Positions 26,374 through 36,147 are shown, numbered from the stretch's first letter. The stretch: DNA of 54,835 bases from a virus (IMGVR_UViG_3300042503_000400:1-54835); one strand, 5' to 3'. The notes: generated by a model not told the origin, from the letters alone. Translations and numbers: made by a program.

Positions 26374-28811
26374 TACGACCTCGCCAGTGACGCCGGTGTT
26401 TCACCCAGATGGACTGCGCGAACCCGGACTGTGCCTGTAATCTGGAACTCGTAGGTGTCCGTCTTATAACCCGCCGGCAGCCGGAACACATCGCTCGACG
26501 CCCGCGTCGTCGTGAGCACCGCGGTCTTGTTCGCAAAGAGCGTGAAGGTGACCGGCTCTGTAACGGACCAAGTCACATCGGCATCTTCCCAGTCCACGTC
26601 GTACTGCCCCCAGATGGGGGACGGCGTCACGCCGGCGTAGTCACCGACCACACGCGCGGCGCCGAGGTTGAACGGCACCTGCGACACGAACACCTTGGAC
26701 TTCCACGCATAGTCCGAGTTCGGCTGGGTCGGATCATCCCAGCGCACGATGTCACCGTTGGTGCCGGTGACGTAGTAAAGCGCCCCGTCAATAGGGTCGA
26801 ACCACGCAGCGGTGAACGTCAGGTCGTAGTCAACGAAGTCGCCCGGGGCTTGCCCGTCTTGCGATCGGCGGTAGAAGAACGCACCCGTGCTGTGAGAGCC
26901 GAAGTACATGCTGTCGTAGAACGCGCCCACGATCGTGTTAGGGTCCAGTGCCTCGTTCCATGTGTCCGGGCTATGCGCCGGGGCCGTGGCGATCTGGACG
27001 CCACCAACAAACGATGCCAGCGCCAGCCCCTCATGGGTGGCGTACATTACACCGACGTCAGTCTGCACGATGCTGCGCTTGCTCAGGCACGGGTAGTTGG
27101 TTGAGTACCGCGTGGTCGACAGGACCGACGGATCAGACCCGGAGATCACATAAGGGAAGCCCTCAGTCATCACGAGCAGGTCGCTGCCAAGAGCGACCAT
27201 GCCTACGATGTTGTACTCCAGCGAGATTTTGTACTTGTTAGGCCAAGCGTGGAACTCGCCCGGCTCAGAGAAGTAGACGTCGTTGCCTACGAACCCGGCC
27301 ATGATGTTGTTCTGGATCACCGTGATCCCCTGCAGGTCGACCGGCGGCGGGTCGTACTCATTCGACACCAGTGTGTCGAGCAAGCTGCGGTAGTTGAAGT
27401 CGTCGGTGAAGTTGTACGAAGCATCGCCCCAGTAGCGAGCAGCGTCCCCCGGGGGGTTCTCAGCCACGTCGTAGTAGACCGTACCAGTGGCAGATGTGAT
27501 GGCGGTGTCCGCCCCGACTTGGGCGTAGGCGATCGAAAATCTGTCGATCACGCTGGTGACAACTCCACCAGTGATGTCGAACCCAGCCTCGCTGCACCCG
27601 GACAGCTTGAACCGGTCGCCCTCGATGAACTTGTGTGGCTCGGCAAACCTGATGGCGGATACGTCCGACTGTCGTGCCACGGCGTCGATAGCCTGCGGGA
27701 ACCACAGTGTGGCCAAGCGGAAGTAGTCCGCCTCAGCTGTCTGAGCAGTCGTGGCCAACGTCCGGTAGAGCCGGATGCCACGGATGAAGTTGTCGCCGGC
27801 TGGCGGAGCAGTCGGCAGACCAGAGACTGTGACGATCTGGCCCTCCTTGATGAAGATAGCAGACGATGGTTCTGAGCCGATCGACTCCTCATCCCACGGC
27901 GTGTACCACGTGTAGAGGTAGTTGCGAGACTGGACCAACCCGCCAAGGTCTAGGCGACCGTCTGTGTTCGTGGTCAGTGCGATCTGCGCCCCGGGCGAGA
28001 AGTAGGTCAGCGTCGTGGAGTTGATGACCGTCGCCGTCGTGGTGACGTTAAGATCACGGATGTCCCACCGGCAGTCACCAGATGTGGAGCCTGATACCGT
28101 GTCGGCCACGGTGAAGGTGTTAGCCCCTGTGACCGTGACAGCGTAAGCGTTGGTTGTAGCGCCACCGGAGGTGAACTCGATGTAGATGCGCGTCCCGTTG
28201 ACCAAGCCGTGATCGTTGATTGTCACCGTGATCGTGGTGCCAGTGCGCGAGTACGTCCCGGTGCGATAGGCAAAGCCGGACACAGTAACCAGAGCGCCGT
28301 CTTTGACGTTGTGCGCAGTGCCAGTGACAAGCGTCACGTTCCCGCCGCCGTCGCGGGCGAAGCTCGCGGAGTTGACCGTGGTGAACGATGTCGGCGTCGC
28401 CGTAGGGGTGGCGGTAGGCAGCGGCAGCCCCAGTTCGTAGTAGCCACCCGTGGCTGGGTAGGGGGCGAGACCAGCAGTGGCCAGTGCATAGGTGCTGACC
28501 TTGGGTGTGCCGTCGCCGGTGTAGTAGAACCGCTGCTCGTTCAGCTCGTCTGCCGCGGGGGTAGCAATGTCGATCTCGCCCGCCCAAGTCAGCCACTTGA
28601 GTGCGCTCGTCGACGGGTCACGCAGTGCGTAGAGCGTCTTGATCGTGCCAGTCCGGCCCGCGGCCGCAGCCACCACCGGGACAGGGGTGGGAATAAGATC
28701 GCCGGAGTAGAGCTTTGCGTCGACCGCAATCTGCGCCGCTGTCCCCGGAAGAAGCTCCGGGGAGATGCGCGGCAACGTCCCTTTGAACTCGGCGATCTTA
28801 GTCGTTGTCAC
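26373..28811 (-). CDS. Tail nozzle / tubular protein B-like (packaged DNA stabilization) protein
   Basis: F.G..PR..P.LL start, YLYTWYT.W.EES…S, VYFSEP…HAWP and CLSKRSIV motifs; GTG start overlapping the upstream TGA. Confidence 0.7.
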   Translation of the reverse strand: MTTTKIAEFKGTLPRISPELLPGTAAQIAVDAKLYSGDLIPTPVPVVAAAAGRTGTIKTLYALRDPSTSALKWLTWAGEIDIATPAADELNEQRFYYTGDGTPKVSTYALATAGLAPYPATGGYYELGLPLPTATPTATPTSFTTVNSASFARDGGGNVTLVTGTAHNVKDGALVTVSGFAYRTGTYSRTGTTITVTINDHGLVNGTRIYIEFTSGGATTNAYAVTVTGANTFTVADTVSGSTSGDCRWDIRDLNVTTTATVINSTTLTYFSPGAQIALTTNTDGRLDLGGLVQSRNYLYTWYTPWDEESIGSEPSSAIFIKEGQIVTVSGLPTAPPAGDNFIRGIRLYRTLATTAQTAEADYFRLATLWFPQAIDAVARQSDVSAIRFAEPHKFIEGDRFKLSGCSEAGFDITGGVVTSVIDRFSIAYAQVGADTAITSATGTVYYDVAENPPGDAARYWGDASYNFTDDFNYRSLLDTLVSNEYDPPPVDLQGITVIQNNIMAGFVGNDVYFSEPGEFHAWPNKYKISLEYNIVGMVALGSDLLVMTEGFPYVISGSDPSVLSTTRYSTNYPCLSKRSIVQTDVGVMYATHEGLALASFVGGVQIATAPAHSPDTWNEALDPNTIVGAFYDSMYFGSHSTGAFFYRRSQDGQAPGDFVDYDLTFTAAWFDPIDGALYYVTGTNGDIVRWDDPTQPNSDYAWKSKVFVSQVPFNLGAARVVGDYAGVTPSPIWGQYDVDWEDADVTWSVTEPVTFTLFANKTAVLTTTRASSDVFRLPAGYKTDTYEFQITGTVRVRAVHLGETPASLARS

Positions 28812-28909
28812 TTCTTCGCAGCCTTCTTCATGCACTTACCCATGGCGGTGCACTTCTTGGGGTTGGGGCAGCCCGGGCAGGGCTTGAACTTAGGCATCGG
28901 CGCTTTCAT
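28808..28909 (-). CDS. 33-aa basic four-cysteine peptide (not in ORF track)
   Basis: MKAPMPKFKPCPGCPNPKKCTAMGKCMKKAAKK*; GGAG RBS; stop overlaps the next GTG start. Confidence 0.65.
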   Translation of the reverse strand: MKAPMPKFKPCPGCPNPKKCTAMGKCMKKAAKK

Positions 28910-28944
28910 CTGCGTCACTCCGTTTGGGTTTCAGTTACCTTACA

Positions 28945-29796
28945 TCAACCGAGCAGCTTAGCCAATGTCTTAGGGCCAGCTACGCCGTCGGCGGTAAGTC
29001 CGTTTGCGGCCTGCCACTTCTTGAGTGCGGCCTCAGTGCCGGGGCCGAAGTCGCCATCGGCTGCGAGACCCAGCTTGGCCTGCATCCTCTTGACGTCCTC
29101 GCCCTTGGAGCCACGGCGCAGCGTGCCGCCCGAGGCGGCAGCGACAGCCGGCGCAGCAGCTGTGATCTTGCCACCGAGGGCTGCCATGGCGCGGGTGTAG
29201 CGGGCCTGACGGTCGGCGAGGCCGATGTCGCCGCCGTTGATCTTCTTCGTCAGCGCCGGGACGCTGCCCGTGTCAGCGATGGGGTTGAGCTTGTTGGTGT
29301 TCCAGAACCACAGTGCCGATGCCAACGCACCTTCCTTGGTCTCCACCCACACGGCAGCTTCTTCGGCGGTCATGTCGTAGTCTTTGGCGAAGCGGGTGTA
29401 GTTGTCCCGCCCGGTCAGCTGTTTGAGCCCGCGGCCGCGGAAGCGCCATCCGTCGCCGGGCTGGGTGTTGCCCAGCTTGGAAGTGCGGAACTCATCCATG
29501 TAAACGTAGTTGGCGATCTTCTCGGGGTTGCGGGCGTACTCGGCCGCGCTGCGCTTGCCGGGGCCGAAGTAACGCGGGAAGACCTTGTTCAGGGTCTCCT
29601 CCCGGTAGTTCAGGTTCTCGGACATGGCGGTGAAGTCCATCGACTCGTGAGCGCACTGCGAGATGAACCCGGCGATGCGCTGGTCGGTGGTGATGTCGTA
29701 CTTCGGCAGCGCCTTGTTCAGCTCCTCGCACCAAGCCTCGACCTCTTTGTTGTTTGGGATCATGGCACGCAGCTGGTCTACGGTAATCAGGCTCAT
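28945..29796 (-). CDS. Endolysin: glycoside hydrolase family 19 with C-terminal peptidoglycan-binding domain
   Basis: QCAHES, ENLNY, DGWRFRGRGLKQLTGRDNY and INGG motifs; LRRGSKG…DGDFGPGT…WQ…DGVAGPKT PG-binding domain. Confidence 0.92.
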   Translation of the reverse strand: MSLITVDQLRAMIPNNKEVEAWCEELNKALPKYDITTDQRIAGFISQCAHESMDFTAMSENLNYREETLNKVFPRYFGPGKRSAAEYARNPEKIANYVYMDEFRTSKLGNTQPGDGWRFRGRGLKQLTGRDNYTRFAKDYDMTAEEAAVWVETKEGALASALWFWNTNKLNPIADTGSVPALTKKINGGDIGLADRQARYTRAMAALGGKITAAAPAVAAASGGTLRRGSKGEDVKRMQAKLGLAADGDFGPGTEAALKKWQAANGLTADGVAGPKTLAKLLG

Positions 29797-30008
29797 TTCT
29801 TCTTGCCCCTCTTGGTGATGGCGCCGAGGACAGCCTCTCGCCCCATGTCCTTGCCCATGCCACCGAGCAGGTCACCCACGTTGCCAGTGGCTGCGACCTT
29901 GATCGCGTTCTCCACCGGGTCAGGTAGGTTCACCTTGTCCAGCACTGCGTCCACGGCCTTCTCTTTGAGCTTGCGGCCAACAAGCATCCCAACCATGCGT
30001 CCGATCAT
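29793..30008 (-). CDS. Hypothetical lysis-cluster protein
   Basis: 71 aa, ATGA-coupled on both sides. Confidence 0.65.
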   Translation of the reverse strand: MIGRMVGMLVGRKLKEKAVDAVLDKVNLPDPVENAIKVAATGNVGDLLGGMGKDMGREAVLGAITKRGKKK

Positions 30009-30289
30009 TCTTGATACTCCTGTGGGGCGGGCGGTTCATCATTGCCACCCTTGTTGCGGTTGTTGCCTGCTGCCATGACGCCGCCCAAGGCACCCACGAT
30101 GAACGAGGCGATGGGGGTCAGCAGCTCGAAGAACTTGCGGTCGTTCTCGCTGGAGTCGCCAAGAGGCTGGGTCACGAAGATCAGGCTGTAGAGGATGGAG
30201 AAGATCACCCCACCGAGGATCACGGTCAGCGCCACGCCGATGAAGTAGCGCAGCTTGGCTTCCATCACGTCTGGATCGTTGTTGCTCAT
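30005..30289 (-). CDS. Two-TM membrane protein, holin candidate
   Basis: Two hydrophobic helices (YFIGVALTVILGGVIFSILYSLIFV; LLTPIASFIVGALGGVMAA) near the endolysin. Confidence 0.6.
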   Translation of the reverse strand: MSNNDPDVMEAKLRYFIGVALTVILGGVIFSILYSLIFVTQPLGDSSENDRKFFELLTPIASFIVGALGGVMAAGNNRNKGGNDEPPAPQEYQE

Positions 30290-30477
30290 TGCGAAGCTCC
30301 TGTCAGGTCAGTGGCGCACATGCCGGTGCGCAGGCAGATCGGGGGAGTGCACTCCAGTGCAGTCCAGTTCACGGGGTCTTGGCAGGGGTAGCGATAGAAC
30401 CCGTCACCAGACAGGTAGAAGACCGCCCCCAAGGCGGCAATGAAGCCTAGCCAGACGAAGTTCTCAAGTTTCATCAT
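30286..30477 (-). CDS. Small membrane-anchored Cys-rich protein
   Basis: N-terminal TM followed by YRYPCQDP.NW…C.PP.C…C. Confidence 0.65.
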   Translation of the reverse strand: MMKLENFVWLGFIAALGAVFYLSGDGFYRYPCQDPVNWTALECTPPICLRTGMCATDLTGASQ

Positions 30478-30905
30478 CGCATCGGGTTCCTTACTAGGTC
30501 GTCCATGGCCTTCCAAAGGTCTTCGATCTCGGCGTCGTACTTCTCCAGCTTGCCCTGCAGGCCGGAGGCCACACTGTCCGACTTCTCTACCATGGAACGA
30601 AGGTCCATCAACTCTTTCTGTTGCTCAAGGATCGTCCCCATCTGGGTCGAGATTGCCGACAGCTTCGGTGCAAGGCCCCGGACGTCATTGTCTTGGATCG
30701 CTTGCTCCAGAGTTTGCACCCGGCTCTCAACGCCCAAGACGCCATCCACGCTCTCCTCGACAGCCCAGAAACGGTTGACGGTATCGTAGCCCACATAGAT
30801 CGTGCCGCTCAAGCCTGACAGCACGGGCAGGGCGGCGGCAAGCCACCAGCCCTTGATGTCAAAACCTGCGATCCGCAGGCCGTTGGTTTCAGCCTCCTCG
30901 CTCAC
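30474..30905 (-). CDS. TM plus coiled-coil protein (spanin-like candidate)
   Basis: N-terminal hydrophobic segment followed by long heptad repeats. Confidence 0.55.
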   Translation of the reverse strand: MSEEAETNGLRIAGFDIKGWWLAAALPVLSGLSGTIYVGYDTVNRFWAVEESVDGVLGVESRVQTLEQAIQDNDVRGLAPKLSAISTQMGTILEQQKELMDLRSMVEKSDSVASGLQGKLEKYDAEIEDLWKAMDDLVRNPMR

Positions 30906-31651
30906 GAGCCATATCCCGCAGCGTAGACATCAGACAGTGACACCGCGTCAGCGCCAAGCAAGCCCTGCAGGCCGATGCTGTAGACCTGACCCATGCTCAC
31001 GTTGATGATGTCAGCCGTGGCGCTGTAGGCCACCGTCGCGCCATAGAGGCTGACCCCGGTGTTGGCCGCGTAGTTGTCCACTGAGCTGGTCATGGTGGCG
31101 TTGCGGGACGCGGCAAGGAAGGCACCGGCATCGCGGGCGTAAGTCTGCACCGCGCCAAGGGCCGAGTTGTAGTTGCTCACATCGGCGGCGGTGATGGTCA
31201 TGTCGTTGTTGGTCAGGATCGTCTGGAAGGCCATCTGCTCCTGAACCGTGTCGGCCTGCGCCGCCATGTTGGCGACGGCCTGTACCTCCATCAGAACCGC
31301 AGTCGCGGCAACGAGCTGATCGACAGCCGTATCGAGATTTGCCATCGCTGCGTTGTGCTGATCCTGAAACAAAATCTCGGCGTTGTAGTACGTCGCGTCG
31401 ATTACCCCCTGAATGTCGGAGTTGTAGTCGAGCCGCATTTGCTCGGTGACGACGGCTGTCTCCATGATGCCGGGGTCGATGATGCCGCCGTCCGCTGCGT
31501 AATAGGTCACACCAGCCGTCAGGCTCTGGGCTGCCGACAGCTGGTTAAGGATTGTCTGGGCTGACCCCTGCAGGTTCGTCATCGTTGGCTCGGCGTGAGC
31601 GGCGGAAGCGCTCAGACAGAGTAGGGCCAGTGCTTTCTTGAGGTACGACAT
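30902..31651 (-). CDS. Secreted helical protein
   Basis: Signal peptide MSYLKKALALLCLSASAAHA/EP; GAGGA RBS. Confidence 0.65.
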   Translation of the reverse strand: MSYLKKALALLCLSASAAHAEPTMTNLQGSAQTILNQLSAAQSLTAGVTYYAADGGIIDPGIMETAVVTEQMRLDYNSDIQGVIDATYYNAEILFQDQHNAAMANLDTAVDQLVAATAVLMEVQAVANMAAQADTVQEQMAFQTILTNNDMTITAADVSNYNSALGAVQTYARDAGAFLAASRNATMTSSVDNYAANTGVSLYGATVAYSATADIINVSMGQVYSIGLQGLLGADAVSLSDVYAAGYGS

Positions 31652-32258
31652 CGGGCAGTTCCTCTCCAATGCGAAGGAAGGTGTCCCAGAAGGACCGATC
31701 TTGGGCGTATCCTACCACATATGTGTGCGGGTTGTCACGCATGGCCAGATAGCCTTCTCGACCCACCAATAGCTTACCAGTTTCGATGCTATAGATAGGG
31801 CAGGGCGTCGATGCCAAGGCCATCGCTTTGTAGATTTCCGGGCTGTCGCACATGACGGATATGCCACTGACCTGCAGGCCCAGACCCCCAGCTTCTTGTG
31901 GTGTGCCGAGCAGCCTTGCATCCTTGCGGCGGTTGCACTCTGGGTCTTGCTCCATCTTACCCTCGGCCCTGCCGAAGATGCTGACTTGGAACGCCTGCTG
32001 GTAGGGGATCAGGCAGGAGTCATTGCCACCGCCACCCATGACTGTCGGCGCCGCGGCAGTCGGAACGGGCTGCGAGAAGGGCGAGGAGCCAGCGCCGTTG
32101 TAGTTCTTGGTCTCGCTGGTCGAGACATTACCACTGTCGATGGTGGAGTTGGTGTTGCCACTGTTGGTGTTCAGATCACCGCTGACTTGGGCGTTGGCGG
32201 TAGCTGTCAGTAGACAGAGCAGAGCGCACCCATAACGTCCCGCGTATCGCCAGAGCAT
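31545..32258 (-). CDS. Secreted Cys-containing protein
   Basis: Signal-like ALLCLLTATANA/Q, Asn/Ser/Thr-rich N-terminus, PTAAAP…SC…EC…MC…TPCP pattern; start position uncertain. Confidence 0.6.
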   Translation of the reverse strand: MLWRYAGRYGCALLCLLTATANAQVSGDLNTNSGNTNSTIDSGNVSTSETKNYNGAGSSPFSQPVPTAAAPTVMGGGGNDSCLIPYQQAFQVSIFGRAEGKMEQDPECNRRKDARLLGTPQEAGGLGLQVSGISVMCDSPEIYKAMALASTPCPIYSIETGKLLVGREGYLAMRDNPHTYVVGYAQDRSFWDTFLRIGEELPDVVPQESTGPTLSERFRRSRRANDDEPAGVSPDNP

Positions 32259-32422
32259 AGCAGTTCGTTGGCCGCATCGCCGTGCGCCATGTAATACAGG
32301 GTCTCTGCGTTCTGTCGTATCTCGCACTGGCGGTCACCTTTCGGGCAGGCCGTCGTGTAGGCCACGGACGATACAGTAACAGGGCCGCAGCCGGCGACCA
32401 AGAGGACAAGGATTAGTCTCAT
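32207..32422 (-). CDS. Predicted lipoprotein
   Basis: MRLILVLLVAG/C lipobox; four further Cys residues. Confidence 0.65.
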   Translation of the reverse strand: MRLILVLLVAGCGPVTVSSVAYTTACPKGDRQCEIRQNAETLYYMAHGDAANELLCSGDTRDVMGALCSVY

Positions 32423-32661
32423 TTGGCAAGGCTCCGCATCAGTTCGTCGATCTTCTTGTCGAGGTTATCCAGCCGCGAGATCACCCGATTCATGTCGGTG
32501 TGCATGTCGGCCCGGGTGACGTAGTCACGGGCTACTTCTTCGCGGGTACGGTTCAGCAGGATTTGCAGCCGCTTCACTTCCTCGACATGGTTCTTTAGCA
32601 CCCAGCCGATCAGGCCGAGTGCTCCGCTGAGGACGAAGTTCCAGAGTATCTCGGGGGTCAT
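32419..32661 (-). CDS. Small TM plus coiled-coil protein
   Basis: One N-terminal TM, then YV…D…RLD.LDKKID heptads. Confidence 0.7.
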   Translation of the reverse strand: MTPEILWNFVLSGALGLIGWVLKNHVEEVKRLQILLNRTREEVARDYVTRADMHTDMNRVISRLDNLDKKIDELMRSLAK

Positions 32662-33155
32662 TGCGCGACCGCTTTGAAGTGGATGGCGATGGCACCCTCG
32701 GGGATCACGACCTCGACTGCGCGGTCCTCCGGCAGGTACGCGAACTTCTTAGCCGAGATTTCCGCCCCGCCCGCCGTGACTGTGCCGCTGGCAACAAACA
32801 CCGTTTCTGCGGTGCTACCCTTGGTCAGGCTGTAGGTGCCCGGCGTGAGCAGCGTTGCTCCCAAGTCCAGCGACGGGTCCGCGACAGAGAAAACGATGCA
32901 CATTGCAACATCGGAAGTGATCTCGATGTCTGCGTCCGTCGAAGTTTTGTGTGCGTGAAGGTCGAAGAAATCCCCCGCCACGAAAGGCAGGCTGACCCCG
33001 AGGTCGTGGTACCGGATCGAGCCAGTCCCCATCACAGCGTAGCCAAAGCGCTGCTTGCTGACCCCAGCTCCGTTCCGTACCGGGCTATCCGCCAACGTGA
33101 CAGAGTTATAGCATGCGTAGCACGTGCCGACGTTCCTGATTTCATTCACGATCAT
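32658..33155 (-). CDS. Hypothetical beta-rich protein
   Basis: 165 aa, ATGA-coupled. Confidence 0.6.
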   Translation of the reverse strand: MIVNEIRNVGTCYACYNSVTLADSPVRNGAGVSKQRFGYAVMGTGSIRYHDLGVSLPFVAGDFFDLHAHKTSTDADIEITSDVAMCIVFSVADPSLDLGATLLTPGTYSLTKGSTAETVFVASGTVTAGGAEISAKKFAYLPEDRAVEVVIPEGAIAIHFKAVAQ

Positions 33156-33433
33156 AGGACAACCTCGTCTGGCAGCGGTGCTTGCGTTGTTTGCGATGCC
33201 ACATGGCTAGTGTCAACAGTCCCACTTGCGCCAACTTGCGGCGCGACGACCGCAAGCTCTAGCTCCCTCCAGTAGGCTGCTGGAGAGTAGGCTTGGATAA
33301 CTGCCTCTAGGGACTCTCCCTCGAAGGGTAGCCGTGCGCCGACAAGCACGGAGCCGTGGGTCTCATGAGTGTAGACAACCTCCATCACGCGGGCCTGTTC
33401 GTCTACGTTTGTGATTTCGTAGGTGTATCTCAT
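33152..33433 (-). CDS. Hypothetical tail-fibre-associated small protein
   Basis: MRYTYEITNVDE…; ATGA overlap with the upstream stop. Confidence 0.65.
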   Translation of the reverse strand: MRYTYEITNVDEQARVMEVVYTHETHGSVLVGARLPFEGESLEAVIQAYSPAAYWRELELAVVAPQVGASGTVDTSHVASQTTQAPLPDEVVL

Positions 33434-34413
33434 GTGATCGCTCCGAGTCTGGTGCCAGTGGCAATCCAAGTAATGTTTGAGTTTCCAGCAATGGCTGCAC
33501 CACCTGCGCCTCCGGTAGATGTCAACGTTACCGTTGAACCTGCGTACGGGACTGCTGATAGACTTTGACCAGAAGCACCCCATTCGCCACCGCTCCCGCC
33601 AACTCCAACTAATGTTGAAAGACCTAGTGGCCGTGTTTGTAGAACGGGGTCAGGGGCCTGAGCAATAAAGACAAAACCACGCCCCCCGCTCCCAGCAGAT
33701 ACTAGCGTACCAGCAGTGCCGTTCTCAGCACTGCCGTTGGCGCTAGTGGCGGTTACGTTGCGGCCACTTGCGACTCCGCCCACCCCGCCAGCCGCGTTCG
33801 AAAGACTACTCCTGCCGCCGCCGCCGCCGCCGCCGACATATTGCCCATTAAACTTAAGGTCACTGAACACTATCCCGCCAGCGCCGCCGCCGCCGCCGCC
33901 AGCAATTCGACCAGCGTTATTGATAGAGACTGCTGACTGGACGAGTAAACCCGGTCCGCCAGAGGCCCCCGGAGTCTGGGCTGTGTCTTGAAGGTTACCG
34001 GCAACTATGGCGCTACTACCACCGTTACCACCAGCACCGCCCATACCCTGAATGGCACCGTTGTTGACGAGGGTCAGGCCACCGGGGAAGCTGCCGCTGA
34101 TCGTCATGGCGTAACTGCCAGTGGAGGTCGCGGAGATCGTAACGCCAGATGCAACGGTTATGGTGGCGGCAGAGGCGCCGTTCCAGCCATTGGCCAGCAT
34201 GTAATTGCGAAGGTTGAGGTTGTTCTGGTTCGAGCTGATAGTGTTGAGGAAGGCGTTGGCCTTGCCTTGCAGGCTGCTCATCCCAATAGCGCCGGATGCC
34301 ACGCCTGCAAGGGAGCGCAGAGCAGCATCGTTCATGCTGATCTCGGCAGTCGCAGAGCGACCAAGCTCTACGTTCACTTCGGACAGGGAGATTGTGCCTG
34401 TTGGCAGCGGCAT
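33430..34413 (-). CDS. Glycine-rich tail fibre/receptor-binding protein
   Basis: MPLPTGTISLSEVNVELG start; NNGAIQGMGGAGG and IAGGGGGG glycine-rich domain. Confidence 0.7.
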   Translation of the reverse strand: MPLPTGTISLSEVNVELGRSATAEISMNDAALRSLAGVASGAIGMSSLQGKANAFLNTISSNQNNLNLRNYMLANGWNGASAATITVASGVTISATSTGSYAMTISGSFPGGLTLVNNGAIQGMGGAGGNGGSSAIVAGNLQDTAQTPGASGGPGLLVQSAVSINNAGRIAGGGGGGAGGIVFSDLKFNGQYVGGGGGGGRSSLSNAAGGVGGVASGRNVTATSANGSAENGTAGTLVSAGSGGRGFVFIAQAPDPVLQTRPLGLSTLVGVGGSGGEWGASGQSLSAVPYAGSTVTLTSTGGAGGAAIAGNSNITWIATGTRLGAIT

Positions 34414-34414
34414 G

Positions 34415-34930
34415 TCAGCCCTCCAGCCTGCGCGCTAGCTCGTCGATCTGCGCCTGCTGTTCCTTGATGGCCTCGATCAAAACTCCGACGATGTTACCGT
34501 AGGCTACTGACTTGTATTCGCCGTCACGAACCACCTCGGGCAGCACAGCTTCCATCTCTTGGGCGATGACACCCACGTTCGGCTCACCGTCTTTATCGAA
34601 GAATACGCCACGCATTGCCTGCACCAACGAAAGGGCGCCGGGGACAGTGCGGATGTTGGTCTTGAGGCGCTCGTCGGAGAAAGCCGTAACGTTGCCCGTG
34701 GCCAAGATGTTCCCAGAAACATTCAGCCGCTCTGTCGGCGAAGTGAGCCCAAGCCCCAGACGGCCGCTGCTGTCAAAGCGGGCAACCTCTGCACCCCCCT
34801 CCGCAAAGGCAATAGTATCCGCAGCGGGGAAGAAGATGCCCGTGTTGGCGTCGTCGCCTCTCAGAGCAGGGGTGGCGGCAGAGCCGTCATTACCTGAGAT
34901 GCCCGCGGTTCCGTCGATGACAACGCTCAT
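34415..34930 (-). CDS. Tail fibre protein with intramolecular chaperone (peptidase S74) domain
   Basis: SDERLKTNI…GVIAQE…PEVV…LIEAIKE signature. Confidence 0.88.
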   Translation of the reverse strand: MSVVIDGTAGISGNDGSAATPALRGDDANTGIFFPAADTIAFAEGGAEVARFDSSGRLGLGLTSPTERLNVSGNILATGNVTAFSDERLKTNIRTVPGALSLVQAMRGVFFDKDGEPNVGVIAQEMEAVLPEVVRDGEYKSVAYGNIVGVLIEAIKEQQAQIDELARRLEG

Positions 34931-35112
34931 GCTTGGGTCTCCTGTTCAATCACCAGATCGCCAGCGTCTACCTGTGCCATGATCTCGTCGTAGTGGCGGT
35001 TGCCGGGGGTCAAAGGCACGGACCACTCTTGCCCGTCGATGGTGGCAAGGATGCTGGACGGTTGGCCTGTGAAGCTGACGTATTGGGCCGATGTGATGTT
35101 CATGGTGTTCAT
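34927..35112 (-). CDS. Small tail-fibre assembly-like protein
   Basis: VPLTPGNRHY motif; 61 aa. Confidence 0.65.
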   Translation of the reverse strand: MNTMNITSAQYVSFTGQPSSILATIDGQEWSVPLTPGNRHYDEIMAQVDAGDLVIEQETQA

Positions 35113-35115
35113 GGT

Positions 35116-36147
35116 CTAAAGCTCCGCGTCTGCTGAGACAAGTTCGCTAAACTGCTGCTGCGAGGCAGAGTTCGAACACCCACGATACGCGATCCCGCCG
35201 TAGAGGCTGCCAATGTGATTTGACGAGGTGCTTGATACCCCAACTTGTGAGTAGAGATAATTGTTTGTCACTTGGGCAAAGGCTGGCTGTCCGCGCTTTG
35301 TGACAGCAAACACAAACGGCGCAGCTAGCGTTGCCGTGCTTGCGCTAGACGGGATTGATGCGCTGGCAGGAACATACTCAAAATACCTCTGGCACCGCGC
35401 CAACTCAGGCCCCAATTCGGGCTGCTTGTAGAGGTCCACAGCCGCCGTGGTGTGAGTGCCAACCTTGATGTGGACGCCCCAGAAATCGACCCCAATGGTT
35501 TGGGGGCCGAGGGAGTTGGAACCCGTACTGTAAGAACTGCCTGCACTAGTGAAAAAAGTTAAAGTCAACTTGTCGTTTCCGTTGGTGCCGAGCGTTTTTC
35601 CAGTGATCGAAGGGACACTGAAAGTAACGGCAAACGGGGCAAATGAAGAAGTGAGCGTCACAGTCTGACCTGAAAGAACGACACCCGCTGACGGTGAGCC
35701 GCCAGTACCGAAATTTTGATCTACCGTAACTGCCATATTGCCAGAACCAGACGACCGACGCGCCCACCCAAGGACAGTAATGGTCTGACCTGCATAAGAA
35801 CGAACCCCTTCAACGGCTTGCTGGACAGCGGCAAGATCGCCAGAATTTACTTGCCCGCTTACAGTTTGGCGCAAGAAGTAGGTTGGATTGTTTGACCCGA
35901 GAGTGTCACCCAGTGCAAAGGCTTGGCGGGACATAGTAACCGTACCGCCGGAAATGGTGTTCGCCCAACGATCAGCCGCAACATACCCACCCGAAGTGCC
36001 GCTCGTCCCCCGCTGCCAGAAGTCGAAGGCCCCGTTGATGATGCGGTTCTCAGGGTCAAGAACACCGGGGCGCAGAGGCACAGTGTTGATCGTAGCCGTG
36101 TTGCCACCAGAGGCGTCGAGGATCGCGTTTGTGCGGAGTGTGGACAT
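35116..36147 (-). CDS. Tail fibre protein with carbohydrate-binding-like domain
   Basis: NRIINGAFDFWQRG…ADRW…ELARCQRYF motifs. Confidence 0.75.
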   Translation of the reverse strand: MSTLRTNAILDASGGNTATINTVPLRPGVLDPENRIINGAFDFWQRGTSGTSGGYVAADRWANTISGGTVTMSRQAFALGDTLGSNNPTYFLRQTVSGQVNSGDLAAVQQAVEGVRSYAGQTITVLGWARRSSGSGNMAVTVDQNFGTGGSPSAGVVLSGQTVTLTSSFAPFAVTFSVPSITGKTLGTNGNDKLTLTFFTSAGSSYSTGSNSLGPQTIGVDFWGVHIKVGTHTTAAVDLYKQPELGPELARCQRYFEYVPASASIPSSASTATLAAPFVFAVTKRGQPAFAQVTNNYLYSQVGVSSTSSNHIGSLYGGIAYRGCSNSASQQQFSELVSADAEL

